Positions 48,896-60,194 of a stretch of DNA of 64,000 nucleotides are shown here, piece by piece. The stretch lies in contig JAFLBG010000006.1 of NCBI GenBank assembly GCA_017303975.1, forward strand, positions 23,126 through 87,125, given 5' to 3'. The notes beneath the pieces are model-generated. The model saw only the letters and a program-made list of their open reading frames with translations. It did no database searches and was not told the origin of the DNA. Source of the DNA: Bacteroidota bacterium. GTDB lineage: Bacteria; Bacteroidota; Bacteroidia; JAFLBG01. The position numbers were made by a program, and so were the translations under genes. How positions within the stretch are numbered: position 1 is the stretch's first letter; the number at the start of each line of letters is the position of its first letter.

Positions 48896-50357
48896 CAGTT
48901 GTATGAATATCAGGATACATCAATTTATCTTTTTCAATAAATTTTACCTTTGTACGATACTCTTTAATGAGCCGCTCAATAATCGTAGATGATTTCAAAG
49001 GTCTCCGGAATTCTAATGCTTGAGCCGCTGTAAACAATTCTATTGCTAATATCTTGTAACAATTCTCCACTACTTTCAGACATTTTGTTGCTGCATTTGC
49101 ACCCATAGAAACATGATCTTCTTGTCCATTAGAAGAAACAATAGAATCAACACTTGCAGGTGCGCAAAGTTGCTTGTTTTGACTAACAATAGACGCAGCG
49201 GTATATTGAGGAATCATAAATCCGGAATTTAGTCCAGATTTTTTTGCTAAAAATGGCGGTAATTCACGTTGTCCGGAAATTAGCTGATAGGTGCGTCTTT
49301 CAGATATATTGCCAATTTCTGCCAGTGCAATAGCTAAAAAATCTAATCCCAATGCAAGTGGCTGACCATGAAAATTTCCACCAGATACTATTTCGTCTTC
49401 TTCTACAAATACGGTTGGATTATCTGTAACCGAATTTATCTCTGTTTCAAAAATTTCGGTTACATAGTCAATTGTATCGAGTGATGCTCCATGCACTTGC
49501 GGCACACAACGAAATGAATATGGATCCTGAACAGCTTTTTTAGGTTGTTTAATCAACTGGCTACCTGATAGTATTTTTCGCACTCTCTCGGCTACTTGAA
49601 TTTGTCCTTTGTGCGGACGGATTACATGTAATTTCTCATCGAAGGGCTCTACACGTCCGTCAAATGCATCTAATGATAAAGCTGCAATTAAATCAGCCCA
49701 AACAGAAAGCCTTTGCGCATGCAGTAAACACCAGATACCATAAGAACTCATAAACTGCGTACCATTCAATAGTGCCAATCCTTCTTTCGATTTCAATTTA
49801 ATTGGCTTAAGCCCTAATTTTTTTAAAATATCTTTCCCTTTTATTTTTTTTCCGTTCAACATTACTTCGCCTTCTCCAATTAGTGGTAAACAAAGATGTG
49901 CCAAGGGAGCTAAGTCTCCGGAAGCACCGAGTGATCCTTGATTGTAAACGACAGGTAAAATATCTTCGTTGTAAAATAGCTGTAAATACCTTACCACGCT
50001 TAGTTGAACACCCGAGTTTCCGTGAGATAATCCTTGAATCTTAAACAATAACATTAGCTTTACTATCTCCGCAGGCACCTCTTCTCCAATACCGCAGGCG
50101 TGAGATAAAATTAAGTTTTCTTGCAATTGTTCTAAGTCAGTAGTATCAATGGTAGTGTTGCATAGAGAGCCAAAACCGGTATTTATACCATAAATAGGCT
50201 TGTTGGATGACTTTATTTTTTCGTCTAAATACTTTCGACTTTTTTCTATTTTCTTTTTCGCATTTTCCGACAAAGAAATTTTAAGCGACTTATTTATGTA
50301 AGCTGAAATTTTTTCCAGACTTAATTGCTTATTGGGGCTTAGTTCTATTGATTGCAT
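48861..50357 (-). CDS. hutH: Histidine ammonia-lyase
   Basis: MIO-forming ASG triad in GSLGASGDLAPLAHL; ~500 aa. Confidence 0.9.
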   Translation of the reverse strand: MQSIELSPNKQLSLEKISAYINKSLKISLSENAKKKIEKSRKYLDEKIKSSNKPIYGINTGFGSLCNTTIDTTDLEQLQENLILSHACGIGEEVPAEIVKLMLLFKIQGLSHGNSGVQLSVVRYLQLFYNEDILPVVYNQGSLGASGDLAPLAHLCLPLIGEGEVMLNGKKIKGKDILKKLGLKPIKLKSKEGLALLNGTQFMSSYGIWCLLHAQRLSVWADLIAALSLDAFDGRVEPFDEKLHVIRPHKGQIQVAERVRKILSGSQLIKQPKKAVQDPYSFRCVPQVHGASLDTIDYVTEIFETEINSVTDNPTVFVEEDEIVSGGNFHGQPLALGLDFLAIALAEIGNISERRTYQLISGQRELPPFLAKKSGLNSGFMIPQYTAASIVSQNKQLCAPASVDSIVSSNGQEDHVSMGANAATKCLKVVENCYKILAIELFTAAQALEFRRPLKSSTIIERLIKEYRTKVKFIEKDKLMYPDIHTTVDFIKMYEPGV

Positions 50358-50361
50358 ATAG

Positions 50362-51711
50362 CTACCTGTTCAAAAAAAGTAAAAGATTGTCTATGGTTAA
50401 TTTTTCTTGCTCTCCGCTTTGCATATTCTTTACTGATAGCTGTCCGCTTGCCATCTCTTCGCTACCAATTACAATACAATATGGAATGTTTTTTTTGTTG
50501 GCATACTCAAATTGTTTTTTCACTTTAACTCTATCCGGATACAATTCGCTGTTAATAGAAGCATTTCTTAGCTTCAGCAGCAGTTGAAATCCATAATCCA
50601 ACTCTTGTTCGCTAAAGCAAATAATGAGAACCTTTGTGTTAGATGGTTTCACATCCGCAAATAAATTAGCTTCCTCCAGTACGTCAAAAATTCTATCAAT
50701 GCCAAAAGAAATTCCTACTCCGGACAGATTAGGCAATCCAAAAATTCCGGTTAAATCGTCATACCTTCCGCCTCCACAAATACTGCTTTTTAAAGTTCCT
50801 AAATTTGCCTTAACTTCTACAATAGCTCCAGTATAGTAATTCAAACCACGCGCAAGAGTTATATCGAGTTCGCAGGTTGCAGTTTGCAATTCGCAATTCG
50901 CTATTTTTTCAAAAACATATTTTATTTCTTCAATGCCTCTTAACCCAATTGCACTGCCAGCCAAAATAGTCGAAAGCAATTCTATTTTCTCTATATAATC
51001 TCCAGCAAAATTGATTATAGGTTGTAATTTTTCTATTGCTTGGTTCGAAATACCTTTTTCTGTTAATTCTTTGTTTACGCCCTCTATACCAATTTTATCC
51101 AGCTTATCGATAGCCACTGTAATGTCAATTATCTTTTCTTGCTCTCCAATTACCTCGGCTAATCCGGATAAAATTTTTCGATTATTTAGTTTAATTATAA
51201 CAGGTAATTTTAGCGTTGAAAAAACATCATCAATCATTTTTACCAACTCAATTTCATTTAAAAGCGATTCACTGCCAATAACATCTGCATCGCATTGGTA
51301 AAACTCTCGGTATCTTCCTTTTTGTGGTCTGTCGGCACGCCAAACGGGTTGTATTTGGTAGCGTTTAAAGGGGAATGTAATCTCGTTTTGGTGTTGTACT
51401 ACATAGCGAGCAAAAGGCACGGTTAAATCGTAACGCAACCCCTTTTCTGTTATATCGCCAATTTTCAATTCATCAGTCTTACTTCTTAATTTCTCTAAAA
51501 TTTCCCCTGAATTTAAAATTTTAAAAAGTAATTTATCCCCTTCCTCTCCGTACTTTCCCATTAATGTAGAAAGATTCTCCATGGCCGGAGTTTCAATTGG
51601 GTCAAATCCATAGCGAGTAAAAGTAGATTTTATCGTATGGAAAATATAATTCCTTTTAGCTACATCGGTAGGCGAAAAATCTCGGGTTCCTTTTGGTGTT
51701 GAAGGTTTCAT
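50362..51711 (-). CDS. hisS: Histidine--tRNA ligase
   Basis: Class II aaRS motifs (FRYD..., GGGRYD) and a C-terminal anticodon-binding domain. Confidence 0.9.
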   Translation of the reverse strand: MKPSTPKGTRDFSPTDVAKRNYIFHTIKSTFTRYGFDPIETPAMENLSTLMGKYGEEGDKLLFKILNSGEILEKLRSKTDELKIGDITEKGLRYDLTVPFARYVVQHQNEITFPFKRYQIQPVWRADRPQKGRYREFYQCDADVIGSESLLNEIELVKMIDDVFSTLKLPVIIKLNNRKILSGLAEVIGEQEKIIDITVAIDKLDKIGIEGVNKELTEKGISNQAIEKLQPIINFAGDYIEKIELLSTILAGSAIGLRGIEEIKYVFEKIANCELQTATCELDITLARGLNYYTGAIVEVKANLGTLKSSICGGGRYDDLTGIFGLPNLSGVGISFGIDRIFDVLEEANLFADVKPSNTKVLIICFSEQELDYGFQLLLKLRNASINSELYPDRVKVKKQFEYANKKNIPYCIVIGSEEMASGQLSVKNMQSGEQEKLTIDNLLLFLNR

Positions 51712-51796
51712 ATAATTGGTAATTTGACCTTGTGCAAATATAACAATAGCAAACCTTCAAAAAAGGGAATAACAGAAATAAAAGAAGATAAATGTA

Positions 51797-52717
51797 TTAG
51801 AACTTAGATCTAGTTTTTCTCTTGTACATGAATTTGTAATTCACGTTAAAGGTTAAAAACATATAAGAGTCTTTATTTTTAGGGTCTCCTCTTTGCTCCC
51901 CGGCTAAAGTAGAGCTCCAAAGTTCAGGAACTCCTTTATTTGGATCTGCCAAGTATGCTGCCGGAGCACCTTTTGCGGCCAAAATAGCGGCATTGTCATA
52001 GTAAACAGTACTTACATCATCAATATAGTCTGTAAAAGTCTTTCGCAAACCAAATTCAACTCCCCAACTCCATCTCCTATCTATTTTGTATTTCATACCA
52101 AGACCAACAGGAATAGCCAATGCAAATCGACTGTATTTTTTGGTTCCATTTAAGCCTTGCCCTTCTGTTCCAAGAGGTTGCAATGCAACCCATGAGTTTT
52201 GGTATTTACCTTTTGGATTGAAATAGAAACCATGGATACCTGTAAAACCATACGCCTGAATGTTTTTCTTTTTTCGGCCTTTTACATTTCTTATACGATA
52301 AATACTAGCCGTATTTTCTTTTGTGAAATAGCCTTCTATATGCCCTCCAAGCTCAATGATAGAAGAACGGAAAGTAATATTTCTATTATTTCGGAACATT
52401 TCTTCTGTCCAGCTGTCTCTTCCTGTAACTTGAGCAACATTTAGTGTTACTTTAAAACCATAATAAGGGCTTGTTTTATAGCGTAATCCAATACCGGCAA
52501 CGGGTCTAATAGCTCGCCACTCTAAATCACGAGCAAAATTGGTTCCAACTCGATTCGCTCCACCAACTTCACCTAGAAAATTTGTCATCCCTAAACTGTA
52601 TATAATCTCGTATTTATAACGTACACGCCTTCTTTGGCTATATACATCCAACATTATTAATGAAAGTAGGGTAAAAAGTATAAGTTTTCTCATCGGTGTA
52701 TTCATAGTAATCTTCAC
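51797..52717 (-). CDS. Hypothetical outer-membrane beta-barrel protein
   Basis: Signal peptide, alternating hydrophobic pattern, and a terminal aromatic residue (TRSKF). Confidence 0.35.
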   Translation of the reverse strand: MKITMNTPMRKLILFTLLSLIMLDVYSQRRRVRYKYEIIYSLGMTNFLGEVGGANRVGTNFARDLEWRAIRPVAGIGLRYKTSPYYGFKVTLNVAQVTGRDSWTEEMFRNNRNITFRSSIIELGGHIEGYFTKENTASIYRIRNVKGRKKKNIQAYGFTGIHGFYFNPKGKYQNSWVALQPLGTEGQGLNGTKKYSRFALAIPVGLGMKYKIDRRWSWGVEFGLRKTFTDYIDDVSTVYYDNAAILAAKGAPAAYLADPNKGVPELWSSTLAGEQRGDPKNKDSYMFLTFNVNYKFMYKRKTRSKF

Positions 52718-52808
52718 AAAAATAGAAAAATATCTGAATTACAATCAACTAATCCTCATTTTTTTATAAAAGAATCGTTTTTTTTCTACACATTTAATTA
52801 ACAAGTTG

Positions 52809-53885
52809 CTATTGGTCATAATCAACTATCAATTCGGCAGATGTTGGGTGTGCTTGACATGTTAAAATAAATCCTTCGGCAACTTCATCGTCTGTAAGAG
52901 CGTAATTATTATCCATTACTGCAGTTCCAGAGATTATTTTTGCCCTACATGTGCAACACACGGCACCTTTGCAAGAAAATGGGGCATCCACATCATTATC
53001 AATAGCTGCATCTAAAATCGATTTTCCTCCGGTAGCTAAGTCAAACTTAGTTTCTGAGCCATCATACACAACTGTAACCTTGCTAATAAGCGCTGAATTG
53101 GTTGTTGCAGCCTTCTTTTCTGTTGGTTGAAGAGATGCTGTAAAGTATTCAATGTGTATTCGACTATCGTTTATTTTTAATTCTTTAAGTACCTGCTTTA
53201 CATTATCCATCATGGGTGTAGGACCACAAACAAAAAATTCATTGTCTAAATTTAATCCGACATGATTTTCTAGTATAGAACGCACTTTAATCGGCATTAG
53301 AATGCCTGTATATAATTCAGGGTAAGCTCCGGAGGGTTTTTCCAATACATGAACAACTCTAACTCTAGCCGAATTACTTTTTTCAATTGACTCAAGCTCG
53401 TTTTTGAAAATAACAGATTGTTCGTCTCTATTTCCATAAACCAACATTAGTGTACTGTTTGGCTCTTTTACCAAAACGGTTTTAATGATAGATAGCATGG
53501 GGGTAATACCACTTCCACCTGCAAAAAGCACGTAATTTTTTTTGTTCGATTCGTTAAGTTCGGTATAGAAACCTCCCATAGGAGTCATTACCTCTATCTC
53601 ATCGCCTTCTTTTAGTTTTTCATTTAGATAGTTAGAGGCAAGTCCATCTTTTACTTTTTTGACAGCAACTCGCAACTCGGTTTCTGCAATCGGGCTAGAA
53701 CAAATCGAATAAGAGCGTCTTATTTCTTGATTATTTACAGTTAATTTAAGTGTTAAGTATTGTCCTTGAATAAACGAATAATCGGATTTTAGATGAGCCG
53801 GAACATCAAATGCTACGGAAACACAATCATTCGTTTCTTGGCGGATATTAGTTACTTTAAGTTTATGGAATTTAGACATAATCAA
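52809..53885 (-). CDS. Ferredoxin-NAD(P) reductase-type oxidoreductase with C-terminal 2Fe-2S ferredoxin domain (PaaE-like)
   Basis: FAD-binding RSYSICS motif, NAD-binding GGSGITP motif, and a C-terminal C..C..C...C cluster (CKGAVCCTC). Confidence 0.7.
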   Translation of the reverse strand: MIMSKFHKLKVTNIRQETNDCVSVAFDVPAHLKSDYSFIQGQYLTLKLTVNNQEIRRSYSICSSPIAETELRVAVKKVKDGLASNYLNEKLKEGDEIEVMTPMGGFYTELNESNKKNYVLFAGGSGITPMLSIIKTVLVKEPNSTLMLVYGNRDEQSVIFKNELESIEKSNSARVRVVHVLEKPSGAYPELYTGILMPIKVRSILENHVGLNLDNEFFVCGPTPMMDNVKQVLKELKINDSRIHIEYFTASLQPTEKKAATTNSALISKVTVVYDGSETKFDLATGGKSILDAAIDNDVDAPFSCKGAVCCTCRAKIISGTAVMDNNYALTDDEVAEGFILTCQAHPTSAELIVDYDQ

Positions 53886-54028
53886 CTGTACTAATGAATT
53901 ACTATTGTATTTTACTGATGCGAATATAAGTATTAAATTAAAGTTAGAATAGCTAACAGTTTAGAAAGTTAAAAGGTTCTATTTCATAATAGTTGCTTAC
54001 TTAAGTCTAAACCAGTATATTCAAGAAA

Positions 54029-54793
54029 ATGTTGTCAAAAAATCAACTAAAATTTGTTAACTCCCTAAAACAGAAAAAGAACAGGGATGATCTTGGCTTA
54101 TTCATTGCAGAAGGAGAAAAGTTAGCTGCTGAGATTTTAAAATCTATGATTTCAGTTAAGCACGTTTTTGCCACTGCTAAATGGATTGCAGAGAACCCCT
54201 CTGTTAATTCTGTAATTTTAGTAAGTAACGATGAATTAAACAAGATAAGTGAGCTTTCAACTCCAAACTCTGTTTTGTTGGTATGTGAGATGCCTAAATC
54301 TAATTTGGATATACCTAAGTTGAAAGGTAAATTGGTAATTGCGCTGGACGATATTCGTGACCCAGGAAATATGGGAACTATTATTAGAACAGCCGATTGG
54401 TTTGGAATTAAAACAATAATCTGCTCATTAAATTGTGTAGATGTCTATAACCCCAAAACAGTGCAATCTACAATGGGCTCGATTACTAGAGTGCATGTAA
54501 GTTATCAGCACTTGAATGATTTTATTGGAGAGTATAAAAGTTTGGATGAGCCTATCTATGGAGCTGTTTTGGGAGGGAAAAATATATATGAACAAGACCT
54601 ACAAAAATCCGGACTAATTGTTATTGGAAACGAATCGAAAGGTATTTCGGATGAATTGCAAAAAACACTTACTTTTCCAGTAAGTATTCCATCTTATAAT
54701 TCAGGCGCTGCAAAAGCGGAATCGCTTAACGCTGCAATTGCAACAGCCATCTTATGTGCAGAATTTATGCGCAGATTTCCAATTGAGTTATAA
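54029..54793 (+). CDS. SpoU/TrmH-family RNA 2'-O-methyltransferase
   Basis: Substrate-binding N-terminal domain plus SPOUT motifs (IALDDIRDPGNMGTIIRTA, LIVIGNESKGIS). Confidence 0.75.
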   Translation: MLSKNQLKFVNSLKQKKNRDDLGLFIAEGEKLAAEILKSMISVKHVFATAKWIAENPSVNSVILVSNDELNKISELSTPNSVLLVCEMPKSNLDIPKLKGKLVIALDDIRDPGNMGTIIRTADWFGIKTIICSLNCVDVYNPKTVQSTMGSITRVHVSYQHLNDFIGEYKSLDEPIYGAVLGGKNIYEQDLQKSGLIVIGNESKGISDELQKTLTFPVSIPSYNSGAAKAESLNAAIATAILCAEFMRRFPIEL

Positions 54794-54853
54794 TTAATGC
54801 AAATCAGCCTATCAACAAAGAAGCTGACAGGCTGATTACCATTTCAATTTTTA

Positions 54854-55081
54854 CTACTTTAAGTACGTGTATAGTTGGTCTTTTATGTGCACTCTTTTTT
54901 TTCGTAATTCTGTTAAATGATCATCTGTTGTTTTTTCCGCATCGGTCTCTATTCGATGAATATGATGATCTACCTCATGGTATTCGTCAAATAGCTTTCT
55001 AAAGTGATTGTCTGATACTTTTAAATCATGAATTTTTTGTTTGTGTTGAGGGAATTCGTGCAATAAATCGTGCTTTTCCAT
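54854..55081 (-). CDS. DUF465 (YdcH-like) protein
   Basis: 75 aa. FDEYHEVDHHIHRIE motif. Confidence 0.6.
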   Translation of the reverse strand: MEKHDLLHEFPQHKQKIHDLKVSDNHFRKLFDEYHEVDHHIHRIETDAEKTTDDHLTELRKKRVHIKDQLYTYLK

Positions 55082-55262
55082 AATTGATTGTTGTTTTAAG
55101 CAAATCTATATGGTAAGTCCGAAGCAAATTATGATTAGGGTCATCTAGTCATACGATTTTAATCATAGCAACTTTTTAGGTTTTACTTGTATAAAGCAAT
55201 GATTTTAGTATTCACCTCTAGTGTTAAATATTATTTAACTTAGCGACCTTGTAATTCTTGTT

Positions 55263-56540
55263 ATGACTACACCACTCCTTCTTTTTTTTCGCTTTATACT
55301 CTTCATTCTTTTTTTGCTAGTTATAGACTGGTATGTTTTTCGAGGATTCAAAACAGCCTTGAGTAGCATGCAAAATGATAGACTTAAGCTTTTTATCTTT
55401 TATGGCTTTTGGACAATAAATATTGCTTTTATTGCACTTGTTGTTTTTGGGATTTTAAATTTTTCCAGAAACACAGAACCTTCAGGAAGGTTGTTTTTTT
55501 TGGTAGGCTCTTTTTTTATTCTTTTAACGGTTCCTAAATTAATTATTACACTTTTTTTGCTTACCGAAGATGTGGTGCGAATTTTTAGAGCTGCAGTGCT
55601 TTGGACAATGAATACATTTATTTATAGAAGTGTTGAAAATAAGGGGATTTGGATGGCACGCAGAGAATTTATAAGCCAATTGAGCATTGTAATAGCCGCT
55701 ATTCCTTTTGTTGGAATTATTCATGGAATTTTAAAAGGACGCTACAAATACACTGTTCATAAGGTAACGCTTACATTTAAGGATTTACCTGATGCATTTC
55801 ATGGATTTAAAATTACTCAACTATCCGATATACATGCCGGAAGTTTTGATAATTACGAAGCGGTAAAAAAAGGGGGTGAATTGGCAAATGCGCAAAAGTC
55901 GGATATGGTTGTTTTTACGGGAGATTTAGTCAATAATTTTGCACACGAAATAAAACCATGGATAGATTTATTTAAAACATTAGATGCTCCATTTGGAAAG
56001 TATTCGATAACAGGAAATCATGATTATGCGGATTATGTAGAGTGGAAAACGTTGGACGAGAAGCGAGCTAATTTTAATGCACTTTTAAGTGCACATGCCG
56101 AAATGGGTTTTAAAATATTGCTGAACGAGAATATTTCTGTAACCAAGAATGGACAATCCATACGGCTTATTGGCATAGAAAATTGGGGGGCTGGAGGTTT
56201 TGCTAAATATGGAGATTTTGAAAAATCGCTGGAAGGAGTTATTCCGGCAGAGTTTAAAATACTTCTTTCGCACGACCCATCCCATTGGGAAAATCAAGTA
56301 CTTAATCATAAACAACATATACATTTAGCACTTGCAGGTCATACACACGGTATGCAGTTTGGCATTGAAATTCCGGGAATAAAATGGAGCCCTGTTAAAT
56401 ATAGATATCCTAGGTGGGCAGGATTGTATGAAGAAAAAAGCAAATACTTATACGTAAACAGAGGATTTGGATTTATTGGATTCCCCGGCAGAGTTGGCAT
56501 TTGGCCAGAGGTAACTGTAATTGAATTACAAAAAGGCTAA
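55263..56540 (+). CDS. Membrane-anchored metallophosphoesterase (calcineurin-like)
   Basis: N-terminal TM helices followed by DxH..GD..NN..H...GNHD and GHTHG motifs. Confidence 0.75.
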   Translation: MTTPLLLFFRFILFILFLLVIDWYVFRGFKTALSSMQNDRLKLFIFYGFWTINIAFIALVVFGILNFSRNTEPSGRLFFLVGSFFILLTVPKLIITLFLLTEDVVRIFRAAVLWTMNTFIYRSVENKGIWMARREFISQLSIVIAAIPFVGIIHGILKGRYKYTVHKVTLTFKDLPDAFHGFKITQLSDIHAGSFDNYEAVKKGGELANAQKSDMVVFTGDLVNNFAHEIKPWIDLFKTLDAPFGKYSITGNHDYADYVEWKTLDEKRANFNALLSAHAEMGFKILLNENISVTKNGQSIRLIGIENWGAGGFAKYGDFEKSLEGVIPAEFKILLSHDPSHWENQVLNHKQHIHLALAGHTHGMQFGIEIPGIKWSPVKYRYPRWAGLYEEKSKYLYVNRGFGFIGFPGRVGIWPEVTVIELQKG

Positions 56541-56555
56541 TTCAATTCTGTGCAC

Positions 56556-57236
56556 CTACTTTCTTGCGTAAAATTCTTTTTCTAGTAATTCTGGCTTATT
56601 TACCGTGTTTTTAAGCCATTCTAGCATAATTACCTTTTGTTCATCTTCTGACAAGTGCCAGTTAAGTTCAGATTTGTGCAATCGCTTTGTTAGTTCATAC
56701 ATAATGAGAGCAGCAGAAACAGAAATATTAAAACTCTCTGTAAAACCAAACATTGGGATGGTAATAAATTCATCCGCCTCCTCCATTACTTGACTTGTTA
56801 TTCCATCAATTTCTGTGCCGAATACCAATGCAATTTTTTTATCAATGGGAAGCGTATCTAACTTGTAACTGCTCTTGTGCGGAGAAGTTGCTACAATAGT
56901 GTAGCCTTTGCTTTTCAAATGCTGTAAGCATTCTTTAGTAGGATTTTCAGGGCTCCTGTATTTATGCATATTTATCCATTTGTAAGCTCCCATAGCCACA
57001 TCCGGATTAATGGTGTATTTGTTTCTTTGCTCAATGATATGTACATCTTGAATACCAAAGCAGTCGCATGATCTAAGCACAGCGCTCGCATTGTGCGATT
57101 GATAAATATCCTCAAGTACTACAGTAATATGCCTCGTTCTGTTTGCAATTACTTCGTTGAACCGCTGCAAGCGAGATTCCGAAACAAACTCCGAAAAAAA
57201 AGAAATAAGTTGATCTAAATTAGTTGTGCTTTCCAT
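56556..57236 (-). CDS. trmH: tRNA (guanosine-2'-O)-methyltransferase TrmH-like (SpoU family)
   Basis: SPOUT motifs VLEDIYQSHNASAVLRSCDCFG and ALVFGTEIDGIT. Confidence 0.75.
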   Translation of the reverse strand: MESTTNLDQLISFFSEFVSESRLQRFNEVIANRTRHITVVLEDIYQSHNASAVLRSCDCFGIQDVHIIEQRNKYTINPDVAMGAYKWINMHKYRSPENPTKECLQHLKSKGYTIVATSPHKSSYKLDTLPIDKKIALVFGTEIDGITSQVMEEADEFITIPMFGFTESFNISVSAALIMYELTKRLHKSELNWHLSEDEQKVIMLEWLKNTVNKPELLEKEFYARK

Positions 57237-58281
57237 TGGATAATGCCGCTAGGTTAGCAATTCTATAAAGTAAACGTGCACCAACGTTTGCATCCCACTC
57301 ATCTTTGCTTGGTGACACTTCGTTTATATCGAACGAAATAATTTTTTTGCCTGCATCAACTAATTTCTCAATAAGATAAACAGCTTGTTCAAATTCAAAT
57401 CCTCCGGCCACCGGAGTGCCTGTATTTGGGCATAATTTAGGGTCAAGACCATCAATATCAAAACTGATATATATAAGCTCCGGTAGTTGCTTTATGATAT
57501 CTGTACAAATTGCATTCCAGGTTTTTCCTTTGTATTGTGCGTGCTTTATATCTTTATCAAAATATGTTTTTACTCTTCCTTTGGAATTATTAATAATGTT
57601 TACTTCGTCCTCACAATAGTCTCTAATACCTACTTGCACTAGCTTTGAAATATTTTTAATTTTCAACGCATTGAACATAATGGAAGCATGTGAGTAGGTA
57701 AAACCTTCGTATGCATCGCGTAAATCGGCATGTGCATCAATTTGCAATATGGCAAACGATTTGTGTTTTTCACTCAATGCCTGCATTAGTCCAAGCGGTG
57801 TGCTATGGTCGCCACCTACAAGCCCAACAATTTTATTTTTTGTTAAAAACGATTTACTTTTGCTTTTTACATATGCATTCATTTTTTCGCACTCCGCATT
57901 CACTTCTTTTTGAATAGCATGTTGTTGTTTCGTTACCTTTCCGGCTTCTAATGCGCGAATAAAGGCTTCTGCTTTTTTTCGTAGATTTTTACTTTTGGTT
58001 TTTAATTCTTTAGGCATTGTATCCATTGCATAGCCTATCTTCCAAGCATCTTTTACCTTTGGGTCGAATAGGTCAACTTGGAAAGATGCATCAAAAATGG
58101 CTTCCGGACCATTTACGGTTCCTCCGCCATAAGATACAGTAACCTCCCATGGCACGGGTAAGAAAACAATTTCTGCCTCATTAGTTGTATATGGCAATCC
58201 AAATATATTGTTGTTTCTATCTCCTAAATCATTAGGGTCGAAATTCTTTATTTTATCTTGTTTTGATGTCATGTTATTCAA
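57220..58281 (-). CDS. Arginase/agmatinase/formimidoylglutamase family metallohydrolase
   Basis: GGDHS, DAHADL and SFDIDGLDP Mn-binding motifs. hutH lies 7 kb away, which suggests a HutG-like role. Confidence 0.7.
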   Translation of the reverse strand: MNNMTSKQDKIKNFDPNDLGDRNNNIFGLPYTTNEAEIVFLPVPWEVTVSYGGGTVNGPEAIFDASFQVDLFDPKVKDAWKIGYAMDTMPKELKTKSKNLRKKAEAFIRALEAGKVTKQQHAIQKEVNAECEKMNAYVKSKSKSFLTKNKIVGLVGGDHSTPLGLMQALSEKHKSFAILQIDAHADLRDAYEGFTYSHASIMFNALKIKNISKLVQVGIRDYCEDEVNIINNSKGRVKTYFDKDIKHAQYKGKTWNAICTDIIKQLPELIYISFDIDGLDPKLCPNTGTPVAGGFEFEQAVYLIEKLVDAGKKIISFDINEVSPSKDEWDANVGARLLYRIANLAALSNGKHN

Positions 58282-58367
58282 ATTATGTAACTGGCGGCAA
58301 AATTAGAACTATTTAAGTGCGAATAAAATTTTAGCTTCAAATTTTCGTTTTTAGGATGCAATGATTT

Positions 58368-59765
58368 TTGTCTAGTTTTACACCCATATTAATTACTTTG
58401 AAAAAAACAGACTATTTACGTAGAATTTATGTTGTTTTGTTAGCAACGTGCTTATCCTATTCTATTTGGAGTCAAGAGCACACAGGTTACTACCAAGATA
58501 ATTTTTTACGCTATGCCGATTATGTATATAAGCCCAATATCAAAACAGTATTATTGAATTACAATGGTGTTGTTGTGCCTGATATTAAAAGCTTTGGCGA
58601 TATTAGAGAGTTTCAACAAACAGCCATAAACTTTACAATTCCTGTAGTACTTCTTAATTCTGACAAACAATTAAAATTAAGTTTTGATGATTTCGATTTA
58701 GGAATAAAAAATTTCAACTACACCCTAGTGCATTGCGATGCATACTGGAATCCATCTAGCCTTCAGCCGAATGAATATCTAGACGGATTTTTCGAAAACA
58801 ACATTTACAGTTACCAATTTTCATTAAACACCTTGCAGCGTTATGTCCATTATTCAGTAGTGTTTCCGGGCAATAATTTTAAAATTACAAAGTCGGGCAA
58901 TTATTTAGTGAAAGTGTATGAAAACAATAATCCGGATGATATAGTGCTTACCAAACGCTTTATGGTATTTGATGAAAAAGTAACCGTAGCTCCTACCGTT
59001 ACAGCTGCAACAAATGTAAGTGAGCGCTACTTAAAGCAAGAAGTAGATTTGCGGATTGTAACACCGGAGTACGAAATTACAAATGCATATAAAGATTTAA
59101 AAATAGTTATAACCCAAAATGATAGGTGGGACAATGCCTTGTTTACTTTAAAACCCACGTATGTAAAGCACAAGGAACTGGTGTACGATTACGACACCGA
59201 AAATTTATTTTCAGGTGGAAATGAATTTAGAAGTTTTGATTGTAGAAATATTCGTTACCAAACCATGAATGTAAAGCACATAGAGACGGACTCCACAGGC
59301 TTTCACATGTTTTTATTGAACGATGAAAAACGTAGTTCGCAGCGTTATTCAACACAACGAGATATTAATGGAAAGTTTTTAATAAAAACCATGAATGGCA
59401 ACAATAGTGATATAGAAGCAGAATACGTGTATGTGCATTTTTTTGTTCCTATTCCGGAACCCACGATGGATGGCACGTTATACGTAGTAGGAGGTTTTGT
59501 TAACTGGCAGTGTGGCGAAATGAACAAGATGACATATAACCACAGAAAAAAAGGATATGAGTGTACTATTTATGTAAAGCAAGGCTATTACGATTATAAG
59601 TATGTGTTAGCAAAAGATGGCACTAAAAATTTAGACGAAGGTTTTATTGAAGGCGAACATTTTGAAACCGAAAACGAATATGTTGTGTATGTATATCATC
59701 AATCACAATTAGGACTTACTTACGACCAGTTGATTGGGGTGCAACGAGTAACGTCCGTCAGATAA
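58368..59765 (+). CDS. Hypothetical secreted protein (DUF5103-like; possibly T9SS-associated)
   Basis: Signal-peptide-like N-terminus; 465 aa. The family assignment comes from memory only. Confidence 0.3.
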   Translation: MSSFTPILITLKKTDYLRRIYVVLLATCLSYSIWSQEHTGYYQDNFLRYADYVYKPNIKTVLLNYNGVVVPDIKSFGDIREFQQTAINFTIPVVLLNSDKQLKLSFDDFDLGIKNFNYTLVHCDAYWNPSSLQPNEYLDGFFENNIYSYQFSLNTLQRYVHYSVVFPGNNFKITKSGNYLVKVYENNNPDDIVLTKRFMVFDEKVTVAPTVTAATNVSERYLKQEVDLRIVTPEYEITNAYKDLKIVITQNDRWDNALFTLKPTYVKHKELVYDYDTENLFSGGNEFRSFDCRNIRYQTMNVKHIETDSTGFHMFLLNDEKRSSQRYSTQRDINGKFLIKTMNGNNSDIEAEYVYVHFFVPIPEPTMDGTLYVVGGFVNWQCGEMNKMTYNHRKKGYECTIYVKQGYYDYKYVLAKDGTKNLDEGFIEGEHFETENEYVVYVYHQSQLGLTYDQLIGVQRVTSVR

Positions 59766-59807
59766 TAATAATTTTGTAGTGTGTATATTTCTTAATTATA
59801 TTTACCC

Positions 59808-60194
59808 ATGGTAACCTTAGTTACAAACGGAATTAAAATATCAGTAAAAGTTATTTACAGAGAAGAATTTTCTCAACCAGAGAAAAACTATTTTCTGTTT
59901 TCCTATTTCATTACCATCGAAAACAAAAGCGATTTCACGGTACAATTACTTCGCAGACATTGGTTTATTTACGATTCAATAGGAGAAACTAGAGAAGTTG
60001 AAGGCGAAGGCGTTGTTGGTGTGCAGCCGGTTTTAGCTCCAGGAGAAAAGTACGAATATGAGTCTGCTTGCGATTTAGTTTCCGATATGGGCAAAATGAC
60101 AGGTACTTATTTGATGCAGCGAGAATTAGACTCCAAGGAGTTTTATGTAAATATTCCCGAGTTTGACTTGGTGCATCCTCCGCGCTTAAATTGA
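59808..60194 (+). CDS. apaG: ApaG domain protein
   Basis: 128 aa. Matches the ApaG pattern (F.F.Y.I.IEN.S....QLL.RHW.I.D..G....V.G.GVVG.QP.L.PGE.Y.Y.S). Confidence 0.8.
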   Translation: MVTLVTNGIKISVKVIYREEFSQPEKNYFLFSYFITIENKSDFTVQLLRRHWFIYDSIGETREVEGEGVVGVQPVLAPGEKYEYESACDLVSDMGKMTGTYLMQRELDSKEFYVNIPEFDLVHPPRLN

